Assembly (NCBI GenBank): GCA_050011435.1 | Contig: JBEKJC010000005.1 | Span: forward strand, 45,941-109,940 | Length of the DNA: 64,000 nt | Reading direction: 5' to 3' | Origin: Candidatus Binataceae bacterium | GTDB lineage: Bacteria > Desulfobacterota > Binatia > Binatales > Binataceae | In this document: in pieces, positions 29,284 through 37,532 of the stretch | Numbering within the stretch: the stretch's first letter is position 1 | Layout: every line of letters begins with the position of its first letter | Program-made: the position numbers and the translations under genes | Notes under the pieces: generated by a model | Database searches by the model: none | Told to the model about the DNA's origin: nothing | The model's input: only the letters and a program-made list of their open reading frames with translations

Positions 29284-30273
29284 TCAAAAAGGTGCAGTTG
29301 ACAGTGATTGCACTTGCACCGGAACCTGCACCCGGTCGCCATTGCGCACGATGCTCAGATACACGATCTCGCCGGGCTGAACATCGCGCATGCGGTCTTC
29401 AAAATCCAGGTAGTTGACCACGCGCGCCCCGTCAACGCCAATGATCATATCGTAACTGTCGCCGAGGTTGACCTGGTCGAGGATCGGCACCGCCAGCACC
29501 GCCGGTGGAAAGAACAACGAGGCCGCGACCGCGACCGCTGTCACGACAGTGCGCGCGGTGTGCTGGGCCGCACGCAGGCCGCCTTTGGCGGCGGCACTGC
29601 CGTTGCGCACGCCAACGATCGTCAAGCCGTTGGCGATCTCGCCCGAATTGAGCTTGCGCTGGTCCTCGCGCAATTCAACGCCGAGCGGCGAACTCTCATC
29701 GCCCTCGTTGATGAACTCCTGGAGCGAATGCAGTTGCGGATCAATCAATTGCGGATTCTGACGCGCTTGATAGTAGAGCACCTGAGGATCCGTCGCTCGA
29801 TCGATATCGGCGGTGGCGGGTTCCGGCGCACCCATCGATTGTGGGATTTCCGTGGTCGAAGGCGGGACACCTGCACCCTGCTTGACGTACGACGGCGCCG
29901 GCATCGAGGTGGGGACAATCACCGTCTCGGTGGTCACCGGCGGCAGGGGCGGATGCGAAGCGGATGTATCAGATTCTGACGCCGAACTATCATCGGTCCC
30001 AGACGACGTGTCAGCGGCGGACGCCGAAGATGCCCCAGAGGAAGCAGGTAACGTGGCGGGCGCGGTTTTTCCCGTCGCTGAAGCTGCCGGATCCGTCGCG
30101 ACCGGCTCGTACAGCGCGGCAGCGGTAGCCGTGTCCGCGGCAGTCGGGGCATCGGCCGCCCTGGCCGTCGCACCGATCTCACCCAGCGCGAGAAGCATAG
30201 CGGCGCCCACCATCAGCGCCGAATACGCCGCGCGCTGCCTAGTTGAGCCTCCAGCAGTTCTCATGCTCCACAA
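29284..30273 (-). CDS. secreted PDZ-domain protein with Ala/Thr/Ser/Asp-rich low-complexity region
   Basis: Signal-peptide-like N-terminus. The C-terminal ~90 aa are PDZ-like (GLTIVGVRNGSAAAKGGLRA...GDRVQV). The start is uncertain (30273, 30262 or 30213). Confidence 0.55.
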   Translation of the reverse strand: MWSMRTAGGSTRQRAAYSALMVGAAMLLALGEIGATARAADAPTAADTATAAALYEPVATDPAASATGKTAPATLPASSGASSASAADTSSGTDDSSASESDTSASHPPLPPVTTETVIVPTSMPAPSYVKQGAGVPPSTTEIPQSMGAPEPATADIDRATDPQVLYYQARQNPQLIDPQLHSLQEFINEGDESSPLGVELREDQRKLNSGEIANGLTIVGVRNGSAAAKGGLRAAQHTARTVVTAVAVAASLFFPPAVLAVPILDQVNLGDSYDMIIGVDGARVVNYLDFEDRMRDVQPGEIVYLSIVRNGDRVQVPVQVQSLSTAPF

Positions 30274-31114
30274 CCTGATTCTCGTTGCGCAGCTTCCTGA
30301 GATGCGATCGCATCGATTGCGCCGCCGCCTTATGCAGGAACTCGGGTACGTCGGTATAAATGCGCTTCACGATCTCGATCACTTCCAGCGGACCGTCCTG
30401 CAACGCCCCCAACACTTGCTGCTCACGCAACTCGCGATGCGCAATATACTCGCGAATCTTTTTCTTCGCATCGTGTATCACCGGACCATGCGCCGGGTAA
30501 ATCTTCTCGAGATCGAGTTCGAGCAGGCGCCGCAGCGAATCCATGTACTGCCCGAGGTCGCCGGTCTCGTCGGGAATGATCGTGGTGCCGGCGCCGAGTA
30601 TGACGTCGCCGGTGAAGAGCGCTTTTTCTTCCACGAGCAAGTAACAGAGATGGTCGGGCGCATGGCCGGGTGTGAAGACGGCGCGCAGGGTCGCGCCCGC
30701 GGTCGTCACCTCCGCGTCGTGATCGATCGCCGTAATCAAAACGCCCGCGGGATCGTCGTGACCAGCCCACGGTTTCTTGAGCACTTCGAGCCGTCCGAAG
30801 CGCTGAACCGCATCCTTGATGCCGCCGATATGGTCGCCGTGGGCGTGCGTCACCACGATGCGCTCGAGTTCGTCGGCTCGGCAAAGCTCGCGCATCCCCA
30901 CCGGCAGATTCTCGGCCCATTTTCCCACGCCGACGCCGGTATCGAGCAAGAGCGGCCGCGTCCCGGTGCCGATTAAGTAGGTGTTCGTGCCCGGTCCCGT
31001 GAAAGGCCCCGGATTATGACCCAACACTGTCGCTACAAGCGGGGAGAGCCGCGCGTAATCCGGCAGCTTGAGCCCCATCATGTTATCGGTGACGACGCGC
31101 TTGGGCTGTTCCAT
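30239..31114 (-). CDS. MBL-fold metallo-hydrolase
   Basis: The VVTHAHGDH motif (HxHxDH) and downstream His/Asp ligands. Confidence 0.75.
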   Translation of the reverse strand: MEQPKRVVTDNMMGLKLPDYARLSPLVATVLGHNPGPFTGPGTNTYLIGTGTRPLLLDTGVGVGKWAENLPVGMRELCRADELERIVVTHAHGDHIGGIKDAVQRFGRLEVLKKPWAGHDDPAGVLITAIDHDAEVTTAGATLRAVFTPGHAPDHLCYLLVEEKALFTGDVILGAGTTIIPDETGDLGQYMDSLRRLLELDLEKIYPAHGPVIHDAKKKIREYIAHRELREQQVLGALQDGPLEVIEIVKRIYTDVPEFLHKAAAQSMRSHLRKLRNENQVVEHENCWRLN

Positions 31115-31143
31115 CGAGATCTCCTTCCGAGGTTTATTTCCCT

Positions 31144-31917
31144 TCAGAGGCGGCGATTGCGTTCAAATATCAGCCTGAGGCCCTTCAGCGTCAGGAATTC
31201 GTCGACTTCCTCGATTGTTTCCGACTCCGGCGCAATGAGATCGGCCAATCCGCCGGTGGCGATAACCCGGGTCTTTTCGCCGCGCTCGCGCACGATGCGC
31301 TCGACCAGGCCGTCGACCAGCGCGGTATAACCGAAGATCAGTCCCGATTGGATTGCGCCGACGGTGGTGCGGCCGACGACATCGCGCGGACGCGCCAATT
31401 CCACCCGATAGAGCTTCGCCGCGTGCTCGACCAGGGCGTTCATCGAAATCCCGAGCCCTGGCGCGATCGCGCCGCCGACGTACTCGCCACGGCCGGTCAC
31501 ATAGTCAAATGTCGTCGCGGTGCCGAAATCGACCACGATGCACGCGATGCCGAAGCGCTCGTAGGCCGCGACTGCGTTGACGATCCGGTCGGCGCCGACC
31601 TCCTTGGGATTCTCGTAGAGAATCGGCATCCCGGTCTTGATCCCCGGGCCGACCATCAGCGGCTGACAACTGAAGTAGCGCTCGCAGAGCAGCTCGATCG
31701 TCTGGTTGAGCGGCGGGACCACGCAGGCGACCACCACGCCCTCCGGCTTGAGCGGTGTGCTCAGCTCGGCGCCTTGCAGCAGGGCGTTGAGCATCACGCC
31801 ATGCTCGTCAGTGGTGCGCTCGGTATTGGTCGAGATGCGCCAGTGCTGAATCAGGCGCTCGCCCTCGTAAATCCCGATCACCGTGTGGCTGTTACCCACA
31901 TCGATCGTTACCAGCAT
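31144..31917 (-). CDS. coaX: type III pantothenate kinase
   Basis: MLVTIDVGNSHT and DRIVNAVAA...VVDFGTATT are CoaX signatures. Confidence 0.9.
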   Translation of the reverse strand: MLVTIDVGNSHTVIGIYEGERLIQHWRISTNTERTTDEHGVMLNALLQGAELSTPLKPEGVVVACVVPPLNQTIELLCERYFSCQPLMVGPGIKTGMPILYENPKEVGADRIVNAVAAYERFGIACIVVDFGTATTFDYVTGRGEYVGGAIAPGLGISMNALVEHAAKLYRVELARPRDVVGRTTVGAIQSGLIFGYTALVDGLVERIVRERGEKTRVIATGGLADLIAPESETIEEVDEFLTLKGLRLIFERNRRL

Positions 31918-32048
31918 GAGTGGCGTCAGCCTCGGGGAAGCTTGAGGATTTTGGTGATTCCCTTCATTAGGACTCGCCGAGGGTTACTAGATATACCGAA
32001 TGACCCCGAGATGGAAATGGCTCACGACAGCAGGATTGGCTCGACCTC

Positions 32049-32762
32049 CTATCGCGCGCGAATCCACCATCCGCCGGGACTCGGCGGCATATTGTGCGGG
32101 AGCATCGGGCTGGTTGAGCCGACCGCGGTGTTCATCCCGTTACCGCTCGGCAGGGCGATGTTCGGGCCGGATGGATTCGCCGGCACGTAGCCGGGCCCAA
32201 ACGCGGAATTTATCCCTGGGCTCATGCGTCCGGTATTGATTCCATAAAGATTCATATTCCCCTGCGGAATCTGGTTGACATAGCCGCCGGCGACGCCGGC
32301 ATCTTCTTCGTCTTGATAATCGTCGATGCTCCCCACTTGATCGTCTGACGAAGAATTGCCGTCACGTGCTGCCTGACCGGGGTCGCCGGAGGGCTGCGCA
32401 TTGGCAGGGTCAACCACTTGCGGAACCTCGAGGACCTTGTCGCGCGGATTGGCAGTGTCGGTTTCCACATCGCCCGATCGAACCCAGCCCGAACGATCTT
32501 CGGCGGAGTCGTCGGACGCGGAACCGCTCGCGGCCGTCGTTAACGGTGCGATGCCGTCGATTGGTGCATCGGCCGGAGGATCGGCAATGGCAGGAGGCGC
32601 GGCGTCTTCCGCAGCCGGCAGCGCCAGGCTATCGGTGGTGGATTGCGCGAGCGCCGGGGGCACTAATGCGAGCGCCACCGCAATCACCAATATCGGTGCA
32701 ATCGCGGCGAAACCCACGGCAGCGCGATTGCCGCGAATTAATGACAACAAAACCCTGTTCAT
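32049..32762 (-). CDS. hypothetical secreted/anchored Pro/Gly/Asp-rich protein
   Basis: The start is placed at MNRVLLSLIR, followed by the hydrophobic segment GFAAIAPILVIAVALALV. The remainder is low complexity. Confidence 0.4.
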   Translation of the reverse strand: MNRVLLSLIRGNRAAVGFAAIAPILVIAVALALVPPALAQSTTDSLALPAAEDAAPPAIADPPADAPIDGIAPLTTAASGSASDDSAEDRSGWVRSGDVETDTANPRDKVLEVPQVVDPANAQPSGDPGQAARDGNSSSDDQVGSIDDYQDEEDAGVAGGYVNQIPQGNMNLYGINTGRMSPGINSAFGPGYVPANPSGPNIALPSGNGMNTAVGSTSPMLPHNMPPSPGGWWIRAR

Positions 32763-32877
32763 CGACTCGTCGCGCTCCTGGTAAATAGCTAACACCCGCT
32801 GCACCCCTAGCCAAGCGCAAATTTTTCGCTGCCAGCCGACGCCCCTCACCTTTGCAGAAAATCGCCGCCAAGCTAAG

Positions 32878-33630
32878 ATGCGCCCCATGTCAGAAGCGAA
32901 AGTCGCATTGATCACGGGCGCCGGCCGCGGTATTGGCCGCGATATCGCGCTCAGGATGGCTCGGGAAGGATACGCGTGCGGACTGATTGCGCGCACCAAG
33001 TCGCAGCTCGACGAGACCGCCGAGCTGATTCGTCAGGCCGGCGGCAAAGCGGTCGTCACGCCGACTGACGTCTCAAAACGCGATCAGGTGGCTGCCGCCG
33101 TCGCCACAGTGGAGCGCGAACTCGGCCCCATCGCGGTGCTCATCAACAACGCCGGCGCCTACCTGCGCAAGCCGTTTGCTGAAATCACGGAAGAGGATTT
33201 CGACTTCCAACTCAAGGTCAACTGCTACGGCCCGTTCTTCTGCACTCAAGCGGTAGTCGCCGGGATGGCCGAGCGTGGCGCCGGCACCATTATCTTCGTG
33301 CTCGGATCGGAGACGCGCGGCGGCCCCGCGCAGTATGCTGCCTACAACGCGTCGAAGGTGGCGCAGCGCGCGGTCGCCGAATCCGTCGCCTACGAATTTA
33401 TGCATCGCGGCGTCCACGCGGTCGCGCTCGACGTCGATGGGGCGGTTGGACTGCCACGCGTGACCGACGCAGCGCACGACGAGGATCCTGATCACTTCGT
33501 CTCGACTGAAGCAATTTGTAGCGAAATCATACACGTAATCAATCAGCCGCGAAATGCGTGGACCTTCGCCATCGATTTGCGGTCCTTCTTCCAATGGCGT
33601 CCGCGGGTCGCGGCCAAGAAAAAGGCCTGA
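32878..33630 (+). CDS. SDR-family oxidoreductase
   Basis: TGAGRGIGRDIA is the cofactor-binding motif, with a YNASK catalytic motif. Confidence 0.85.
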   Translation: MRPMSEAKVALITGAGRGIGRDIALRMAREGYACGLIARTKSQLDETAELIRQAGGKAVVTPTDVSKRDQVAAAVATVERELGPIAVLINNAGAYLRKPFAEITEEDFDFQLKVNCYGPFFCTQAVVAGMAERGAGTIIFVLGSETRGGPAQYAAYNASKVAQRAVAESVAYEFMHRGVHAVALDVDGAVGLPRVTDAAHDEDPDHFVSTEAICSEIIHVINQPRNAWTFAIDLRSFFQWRPRVAAKKKA

Positions 33631-35036
33631 CGTGCCCCGAGTCCGCCCGCGCATCGATACGCTGACGGTGATATGGTCTTCACCGCTGGCGTGCCGTTAT
33701 ACTTCGGGCGCGTCAGTTGTGATTCGACGCCGTCATTCAGGGTCGGGGTGTGGCGCAGCCTGGTAGCGCACACGCTTGGGGTGCGTGTGGTCGCCGGTTC
33801 AAATCCGGCCACCCCGACCAACAATAAATCCTTTGTTTTCAAGTAGTTAGTGCACTGACCGCGCGGTCGACCGCCCGCAGGTTCCGGCGATTGTGCCCAA
33901 TTTTGTGCCCTCCCCCCCTCGTAGCCAGAAATATCCGTGTTTTTTGCGGTGCGCTCCAGGGTCGCGATGGCCTCGCGCCGGGCTTGCACGCGGATGTGAG
34001 CGTAACGGCCAAGCATCCGGTCGCTCACGTGCCCGGCCAGTTGCCGGATGGTCTCGACCGACACGGTCGCGTTCTCCGCAAGACGGGTGACGAACGTGTG
34101 GCGCGCATCGTAGAAGCGGCACGTGACCGCGACCTTTCGCCGTGCGGTTTCAAATGCGCTTTTGTAGCTCCACTGACCCATGGGGCGATTCAGGTCCACG
34201 TCCCAGATCAAAGATTTACGGCTGTTGCCTGCCAAACCCACCCGATGAAACGGGAAGACGTAGTTGTCGGGCCCGGTCTCGGGAAAGCGCCCACGCCAGA
34301 TGGTAAGCGCTGCGCAGGCGCGCCTGGTGAGAGGAATGACGCGGCCGGTGCCACCCTCGGTCTTGGATCGCGACACCACGATCTCGCCTTCGCTGATTGC
34401 GCCATCCGTCCAGCGCAGGGCCAGGTCACACCAATGGAGCGCCCGGCTCTCGGACGGTCGCAGGCCCGCATCCAGCGACAACACGAAAAACGGATACAGG
34501 ACCGGCGACGGGCTTGCGGCAATGGCCGCGAGCAGCTTGTCTTCCTCTTCGAACGAAAGAGCGCGTCCGGCATCGGTCCTTTCTCGGAGAAACCGAACTC
34601 GACCGCCAAGGGGCGACCAGCAGTCGCAGTGCTTGAGAATCTGCCTCAACGTCGCCACTTCGCAATTTATGCTTCGAGCGGAGAGCCGCTCGCCAAGGCG
34701 TTTCCTCTGCAGTGCCGCGATATCGTTGATCGTAATATCCGACACCAGCCTGCTACCGAACTCGCGCACGAGCTTGCGCGAATATTGTTCGTAATAAACT
34801 CTGCCGAGGGGTGTGAGGGCGCTTTTGGATGCGAGCCACTCCTTGGTGGCCAGCGCGAATAGGGGCAAGCGTTCACGTTTGGAGATGCGGTTGTAACCCA
34901 ATTCGAGGTCGCGTCGGCGCGCCCGTTCCGCTTCGCGCGCGACGGTCTTCGAGTTGGTTTTTGCCGAGTCCCGTATGAGCTGCCCTTGGAAGAGGAACTT
35001 GAACCAATACGTCTCGCCTCGTTTATAAACGCTCAT
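33543..35036 (-). CDS. int: tyrosine-type integrase (phage integrase family); the ORF has no stop until 33543 and runs antisense through tRNA-Pro
   Basis: N-terminal SAM-like domain (MSVYKRGETYWFKF...). Catalytic R...HxxR (ARHTFVTRL)...H (LAGHVS)...Y (LGRYAH) around residue 345. RBS GAGAGAGG before ATG 35036. The functional C-terminus is probably well upstream of 33543. Confidence 0.85.
   Translation of the reverse strand: MSVYKRGETYWFKFLFQGQLIRDSAKTNSKTVAREAERARRRDLELGYNRISKRERLPLFALATKEWLASKSALTPLGRVYYEQYSRKLVREFGSRLVSDITINDIAALQRKRLGERLSARSINCEVATLRQILKHCDCWSPLGGRVRFLRERTDAGRALSFEEEDKLLAAIAASPSPVLYPFFVLSLDAGLRPSESRALHWCDLALRWTDGAISEGEIVVSRSKTEGGTGRVIPLTRRACAALTIWRGRFPETGPDNYVFPFHRVGLAGNSRKSLIWDVDLNRPMGQWSYKSAFETARRKVAVTCRFYDARHTFVTRLAENATVSVETIRQLAGHVSDRMLGRYAHIRVQARREAIATLERTAKNTDISGYEGGRAQNWAQSPEPAGGRPRGQCTNYLKTKDLLLVGVAGFEPATTRTPSVCATRLRHTPTLNDGVESQLTRPKYNGTPAVKTISPSAYRCAGGLGARQAFFLAATRGRHWKKDRKSMAKVHAFRG
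33590..33635. repeat. 3' end of the SDR gene; a second copy lies at 48283-48335
   Basis: CGGGTCGCGGCCAAGAAAAAGGCCT is identical over 25 nt, and the flanking TTCCAATGG...GACGT is also similar. Confidence 0.7.
33744..33820 (+). tRNA. tRNA-Pro (anticodon GGG), 77 nt including CCA
   Basis: Folded manually: 7-bp acceptor CGGGGTG/CACCCCG, D-arm GCGC-AGCCTGGTA-GCGC, anticodon arm CACGC-TTGGGGT-GCGTG, T-arm GCCGG-TTCAAAT-CCGGC. Confidence 0.85.
33891..33911. repeat. arm-type-like direct repeat TGTGCCCAATTTTGTGCCCT just inside the left end of the island; a second copy lies at 61086-61106
   Basis: A 20/21-nt exact repeat found near both island ends in the same orientation. It contains an internal GTGCCC-N6-GTGCCC direct repeat. 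Confidence 0.6.
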
Positions 35037-35067
35037 CGTCTTTCCTCTCTCCGTATCTCACGCCATC

Positions 35068-35278
35068 TCACGCCGCCCGACTGCTCGCCTCGGCCAGGTA
35101 GCGACGAACCTCGGCATCGAGCACAACGACTCGACGCCCCAGGTGAGCCGCGCGCAGCCGGCCACGCTTTACTTCGAGCCGCAGAAAGGGGGACGGACAC
35201 GCCCAAGCTGCGCGCCAGTTCCTCGAGCGTCCAACCGAGCTTCGGGCTGTTCGATTTCATCACCGCCTCGCTTTCCAT
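35068..35278 (-). pseudogene. xis: excisionase/AlpA-like HTH DNA-binding protein, frameshifted at a C5/G5 run (35188-35192)
   Basis: Frame 1 reads MESEAVMKSNSPKLGWTLEELARSLGVSVP. After a -1 shift the frame reads FLRLEVKRGRLRAAHLGRRVVVLDAEVRRYLAE. Together they make a complete excisionase-type HTH. Sits directly upstream of int. Confidence 0.55.
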
Positions 35279-35418
35279 AGCGTTACCGTCCTGGCCGTGC
35301 CACTTCGTTGCGCCGTTGTGAGCCGATTTCATGACCTGCACCTCATAGTTGTTACGTTGCATGCAGTTTTGATAGCACACGTCGGTGCGGCCATGCAAAC
35401 GTCCCGAGTGTGCCCGGT

Positions 35419-36117
35419 TTATATGGCGGATTGGTTCGCGAGGTAGCCGAGCTGGACCAGGCGGACGCCGGCAGCCTCAGCCGAGACGAAGAACGCCTCG
35501 CTGACGCGTTGCTTCAGATCTGTCGCCCTGGTCGATTGGGCCGGCAGGGGTGCAACGTCGATTGTGCCAAGGCAAGCCTCGGCGACCAGCTTCAAACGGC
35601 TGATCGGCATCAGCAGAGCTCCGGCCGCGTAGCTCGCCTGCCATTCCATCCAGTCTACCTTGGGCCGCAGCGCGAGCGTCTCGTCGCCCGTGCAGTGCTG
35701 CTCCTGGCGCCTTGCTATCGCCGCTTTTTGATAAAGCGGATTGTGCACGCAAACGTGCACATATTCGTGGGCCAGCGTGAAACGACAACGATGCACGCCC
35801 CTGGCGTCCTCATGAAGCGCTCGGGCGATTCGGACCTCCGGTTTTCCCGGCGGATCGAAGAAGGTGACGCCCAGCAGCCCCTCCGCGACCTTGGTCAGAT
35901 CGGCGTAGAGGTTGAGTTCCCGGGCGTCGCGCTCGATTAGCTTGATGAGCGCGCCGGTCGGCACCGGCACGGTGATCTGGCCGTAAAGTTCGTTCAGAAA
36001 CTCGAACAGGATACGCTCGCAGCATTCATCGAGGTAGGCTCGCGTATACCAGGGACGGCGGCGGAAGCGCCCGGTTGTGTCGTGTATCCACTCAACCTCG
36101 AGATCTTCCTCGCTCAT
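35419..36117 (-). CDS. ImmA/IrrE-family metallo-endopeptidase
   Basis: TLAHEYVHVCVH is the HEXXH motif. DUF955-like, and paired with an XRE HTH gene. Confidence 0.8.
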   Translation of the reverse strand: MSEEDLEVEWIHDTTGRFRRRPWYTRAYLDECCERILFEFLNELYGQITVPVPTGALIKLIERDARELNLYADLTKVAEGLLGVTFFDPPGKPEVRIARALHEDARGVHRCRFTLAHEYVHVCVHNPLYQKAAIARRQEQHCTGDETLALRPKVDWMEWQASYAAGALLMPISRLKLVAEACLGTIDVAPLPAQSTRATDLKQRVSEAFFVSAEAAGVRLVQLGYLANQSAI

Positions 36118-36440
36118 CGCTTCTTCCCCTTGGCCTTGAGCTCCTTGCGGAAAGCGCGATAGGCGGCGAGTACCTGCTCCTCGCCGGCTTCCTTGGGCTG
36201 GATATCGGACGGCACTTTGCCGGCGACGAAGTAGAGCAGGTCGGCTTCGAGGTCGAGTTCCCTGGCGAACTGCTCGATGAGATAGCCACGCGGCGGATGG
36301 CGCAGATTGTGTTCGAGGTCGTTCAGGTACGGCGCCGATATTGGTCGCCCGTCTTCCATCTTGATGCGCGCCGCGAATTCGCGCTGAGTTAGCTTCGCGC
36401 GCTTGCGTCCCTCCGCAATCAGCTCTCCGAAGGTCTTCAT
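36114..36440 (-). CDS. XRE-family HTH transcriptional regulator (ImmR-like)
   Basis: FGELIAEGRKRAKLTQREFAARI matches a Cro/C1 HTH. Overlaps immA by 4 nt. Confidence 0.8.
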   Translation of the reverse strand: MKTFGELIAEGRKRAKLTQREFAARIKMEDGRPISAPYLNDLEHNLRHPPRGYLIEQFARELDLEADLLYFVAGKVPSDIQPKEAGEEQVLAAYRAFRKELKAKGKKR

Positions 36441-36716
36441 GTCACGTTGTGGTGTTCCGCGCCTCCTGCGATGGATATTATCGTGCCTGCATGTAGATGT
36501 CACGAGCGGAACCGGCCGCACTCCCGGCATTGAAAGAGAAAGCGCACTTTTTCTCGCGCCGCTCTCTCAACCAAACCTGGAGAGCGGCGCGCAGGTTTTG
36601 CGATGCGCGCGTCGCAGCGCTGCAACCGTGACGAGCCTTGCGGCCGGCCCGCCAGGGCCGGCGGCGCGGTTGCCAGCGGAGCGCGCGCCACCAGTTTTGC
36701 ACGGTCTGCGACAGCC

Positions 36717-37154
36717 TCAGGTGACCCACACCACTTTCAGACCGGCGCGATCCGCGGCCTCACGTTGTCGCGCGTCGGCGGTAGCGAAGGGCAGCGGCGC
36801 TCCGGATTCCATCTGGAGTACCAGCGCAGAGGCGATGTGGAGAGCGTCGAGGGTCCTGACCGGCGTCTGCAGGATCAGCCGTTCGGCGCCTTCCAGCACC
36901 CCTGAGCCGAGTTCGACCAGTTCCCAGTAGGAACGGTCGGCGTTCATTCGGGCGACGATCGTGTCGAAATCTGTCCGGGTCACCTCTCCAGCCCGATATC
37001 GGCGGGCAATCGCGGAGACTGCTTCGACTGGTGCGATAACGGACGACAGCAAGCGATAGCGGCGCATCAGCCGCCGGGCATGAGCGGAGCCGGGATCCTC
37101 GACGTAGCGCTTAATCAGAACACTGGTGTCGAAATAAGCTAATGCCTCCGCCAT
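36717..37154 (-). CDS. vapC: PIN-domain toxin VapC
   Basis: YFDTSVLIK (the acidic PIN Asp) and downstream D/E residues. Overlaps the antitoxin gene. Confidence 0.75.
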   Translation of the reverse strand: MAEALAYFDTSVLIKRYVEDPGSAHARRLMRRYRLLSSVIAPVEAVSAIARRYRAGEVTRTDFDTIVARMNADRSYWELVELGSGVLEGAERLILQTPVRTLDALHIASALVLQMESGAPLPFATADARQREAADRAGLKVVWVT

Positions 37155-37447
37155 CAGCGATCCTCCCGCTCGACGCGAACCGTATCCGAGAGTGGGGCTC
37201 CCGAAATCTTGCGGGGTTTCCATAGCGGTAGCGGGCCGGCTTTGGCGGCGCGGCGCACCAGACCCTGATCGTCGAGGCGCCGAAGCAAATCCGCCGTGGT
37301 TTCCGCCTCCGGACCCGCCGGCGCTTCGATCCGTGTAAGCCGGGCGACCGGGCGACCGCGCTCAGTGAGCACTACCTCGGTGCCACGCCGAACGGCCCGT
37401 ATGAGCCGCGAAAAATTTTGATTCGCTTCGCGCAGTCCAACCCGCAT
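37154..37447 (-). CDS. vapB: Phd/YefM-type antitoxin (VapB)
   Basis: MRVGLREANQNFSRLIRAVRRGTEVVLTERGRPVARL fits a Phd/YefM N-domain. Confidence 0.7.
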   Translation of the reverse strand: MRVGLREANQNFSRLIRAVRRGTEVVLTERGRPVARLTRIEAPAGPEAETTADLLRRLDDQGLVRRAAKAGPLPLWKPRKISGAPLSDTVRVEREDR

Positions 37448-37532
37448 TGTTCAATAACTCAACTTGTAGTTACGTCACTACATTAGAGTTGCCGGAGGAA
37501 AACTGCAAGAAAAAAACCACGTCGTGCGGCCG

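Noticed and set aside
33744-33820. The peptide segment LLLVGVAGFEPATTRTP in the integrase ORF translation
   Set aside because: It is simply the complement of tRNA-Pro read in the integrase frame, not a real protein motif. It is kept only as evidence that the int ORF runs through attL.
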